A stretch of 64,000 nucleotides of DNA. Source: Schmidtea polychroa. Its lineage: Eukaryota. Of the stretch, positions 62,015 through 64,000 are shown piece after piece. The stretch covers positions 12,090,001-12,154,000 of the forward strand of contig CM097887.1 in the NCBI GenBank assembly GCA_044892525.1, given 5' to 3'. How positions within the stretch are numbered: position 1 is the stretch's first letter; every line of letters begins with the position of its first letter. The translations under genes and the position numbers were made by a program. The notes under the pieces are model-generated. The model made no database searches. It was not told where the DNA came from and saw only the letters and a program-made list of their open reading frames with translations.

Positions 62015-64000
62015 TTATTTAAAGCATTCGCTGTAACGTTTTTTGTATAGTGGAGCCAGTATTGTGTCTTTTTCGAATATTTTGATTGAATTTTTGTGGT
62101 TGAATGTGATGTTTTTGTGAATTGGTTGTTTTTTTGTTTGTGATTGGGTTTGTGTTTTGTCTTTCGGTGAGTCGTTTTCGGGGTCTATATTCTTGTGGTA
62201 TGGTTTTATCAGCCTGATGTTTATTTTCATTTTGTTGTTATTTTTAATTATTGTGGCGACGTTCTTGTTGATTTATAGGAGTTTGAATGGACCTTCGTAT
62301 ATGGATTCGAATCCTTTTGTGAATGGTTTTTTTATTAAGATGAAATCTGTTGTTAATACTATTTTTCCGTCTAATTCGGAGTCTGGTCTTCTTTTTAAGA
62401 TTCCTTTTGGTTTCTGTTCGGTGGTTTCACTATTTTTGTTTGTTATTTGTTTGCTGTTTTCAGTGTTTTTGTTTGTATCTGATTTAAGTGATGGCAAGTT
62501 TGTTGCTTTTCCGAAAATTTTGTATGCTGGACTTTCATTATCTGTTGAGTTTGGGCTATTTCTCAGTCCGATTAATATTGTTGGCAGTTGATTTAACCAG
62601 TTTTGGTCATTAGCTTTTGTTCTGATGCTTTCTTTTAATGTTCTGTGAAACCGTTCAATTTTTCCGTTTGATTGTGGGTTGTAAGGTGATGTTCGATTTC
62701 TTTTGATATTGTATTTATTGCACAGTATTTTGAACATTTCCGATTCGAATTGCCTGCCTTGATCGGTTATGATTGTTTTCGGTTGGCCATAACGAGCTAT
62801 CCAGTTTATTTCGATCATTTCGCAGATGTTTTTTGCGGTGATTTCTTTTATTGGGATCACTTCGAACCAATTGGTTTTTCTGTCTATAATTGTTAGTAGA
62901 TATTTATAGTTGTCGTTTGGTGGTAGTGGTCCTACTACGTCTGTGTGTATTGTTTCAAACGCTTCGCTGCTTGGGAAGTTTACTTTTTGTGTTTTGGGTT
63001 TTTTTGTTGTTTTGTTTAATTGACAGCTGTGGCAACTTTTGACGTAATTCTTGATGTCTTCCCACATGTGAGGCCATACATATTTGTTATGTATTAACTC
63101 GAATGTTGTTTTGTTTCCCGGATGATTGATAGCATGTATCTTTTTTATGCAGTCTTGTCGGAATTCTTCGGGTAGTAGGATTCGTTTGTTGCTTTCGTTG
63201 GAGACATCGTGCCATATTCCGTCGAGTTCCTGTGGTTTCAGGCTGTGTTTAGTAGGCAGTTTGCTTAATGTATCGGTTTGTCTGGATTTGATTTGATCCA
63301 ATTCGATTATTTCTCCGAATTCTAGGGCGTTTATGTCACTTTCAATTCTGGATAGAGCATCTGCTGCTATGTTTGATTTTCCTGCTACGTAGTTTATTGT
63401 GCAGTTGAATTGTGAAATGAAATTGATTTGTCTAATCTGCCTTGGTGAAGGGTTTTTCATTTCTGTTGCGTTTGTTAGCGGTTTGTGATCCGTGTATATC
63501 TTGAAGGTTCGTCCTTCGAGTAAATGTTGAAAGTGTTTGATTGCTTCGTGTATTGCTAGGAGTTGTCTGTCGAATGTTGAGTATCTTGTTTGATGTGATT
63601 TTAGTTTTTTCGAGAAAAATCCCAGTGGTTGTTTACCGAATTTATTTTCCTGGAAAATTGTTGCGCCCATTGCAAAACCAGAACAGTCTGTAGTTAGTTG
63701 ATACTCTAGTTCTGGATCTGGGTAACCGAGTAGTGTTGCCGTTGATAGGCTTTTTTTGGCTTTATTGAATGTGTCGGTTGTTTGTTGTGTCCAGTTTATT
63801 GTTACGTTTCGTTTGGTTTTGATAATGTCGTTTAGTGGTGCCAGTAGGTTGCTGCAATTTGGGATGTAAGAATGGTAAAAGTTTACCATTCCTAAAAATC
63901 TTTTCAATTCTCTTGTGTTTGTTGGTAATTTGTAATTTTTTATATTGTTTATTTTGTTTTCTATTGGTTGTGTTCCTTTGTCGTTTAGCGTGTGACCAAG
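62015..64000 (-). mobile_element. Ty3/Gypsy pol (RT end, RNase H, integrase), continuing beyond the window
   Basis: LTTDCSGFAMGA, YSTFDRQLLAI, YTDHKPL, H..NHPG..CHSC, IHTDVVGPLP, TDQGRQFES, PYNPQSNGKIERFHRTLK; late frameshift near 62275. Confidence 0.95.

Overview
AT-rich eukaryotic (animal) genomic DNA that is almost entirely mobile-element derived. Short 53-59 nt GT-AG introns and the style of the Gypsy, REL-LINE, Merlin and Maverick remnants recall planarian flatworm genomes, but the host is only inferred. Main contents, left to right: (1) a Maverick/Polinton-like terminal repeat, then a ~10 kb tandem array of a composite 2.3-2.5 kb unit (gag fragment + LINE 3' region with a 14-bp minisatellite + hAT MITE fragment); (2) a duplicated cassette carrying an intronless double-RING gene (intact at 15.3-16.8 kb, frameshifted at 37.8-39.3 kb); (3) a structurally complete, pol-less BEL/Pao-type LTR element (22035-25820: TG..CA LTRs, TTACC TSD, tRNA-iMet-like PBS, PPT) whose Gag carries an N-terminal ubiquitin domain ending LRLCGV (G76V). 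Its 5' LTR holds an ORF in the same frame as Ub-Gag, separated by one TAG, and a relative of that LTR ORF sits at 45.7-46.4 kb; (4) NeSL/R2-like REL LINE copies, a hAT MITE, and Merlin and hAT transposase relics; (5) a 5'-truncated, disrupted multi-exon MIC60/mitofilin (IMMT) copy next to a Maverick pPolB fragment; (6) two nested Ty3/Gypsy elements. No rRNA, tRNA gene or CRISPR array was seen. The strongest candidate novel system is the coding-LTR / ubiquitin-Gag retroelement.
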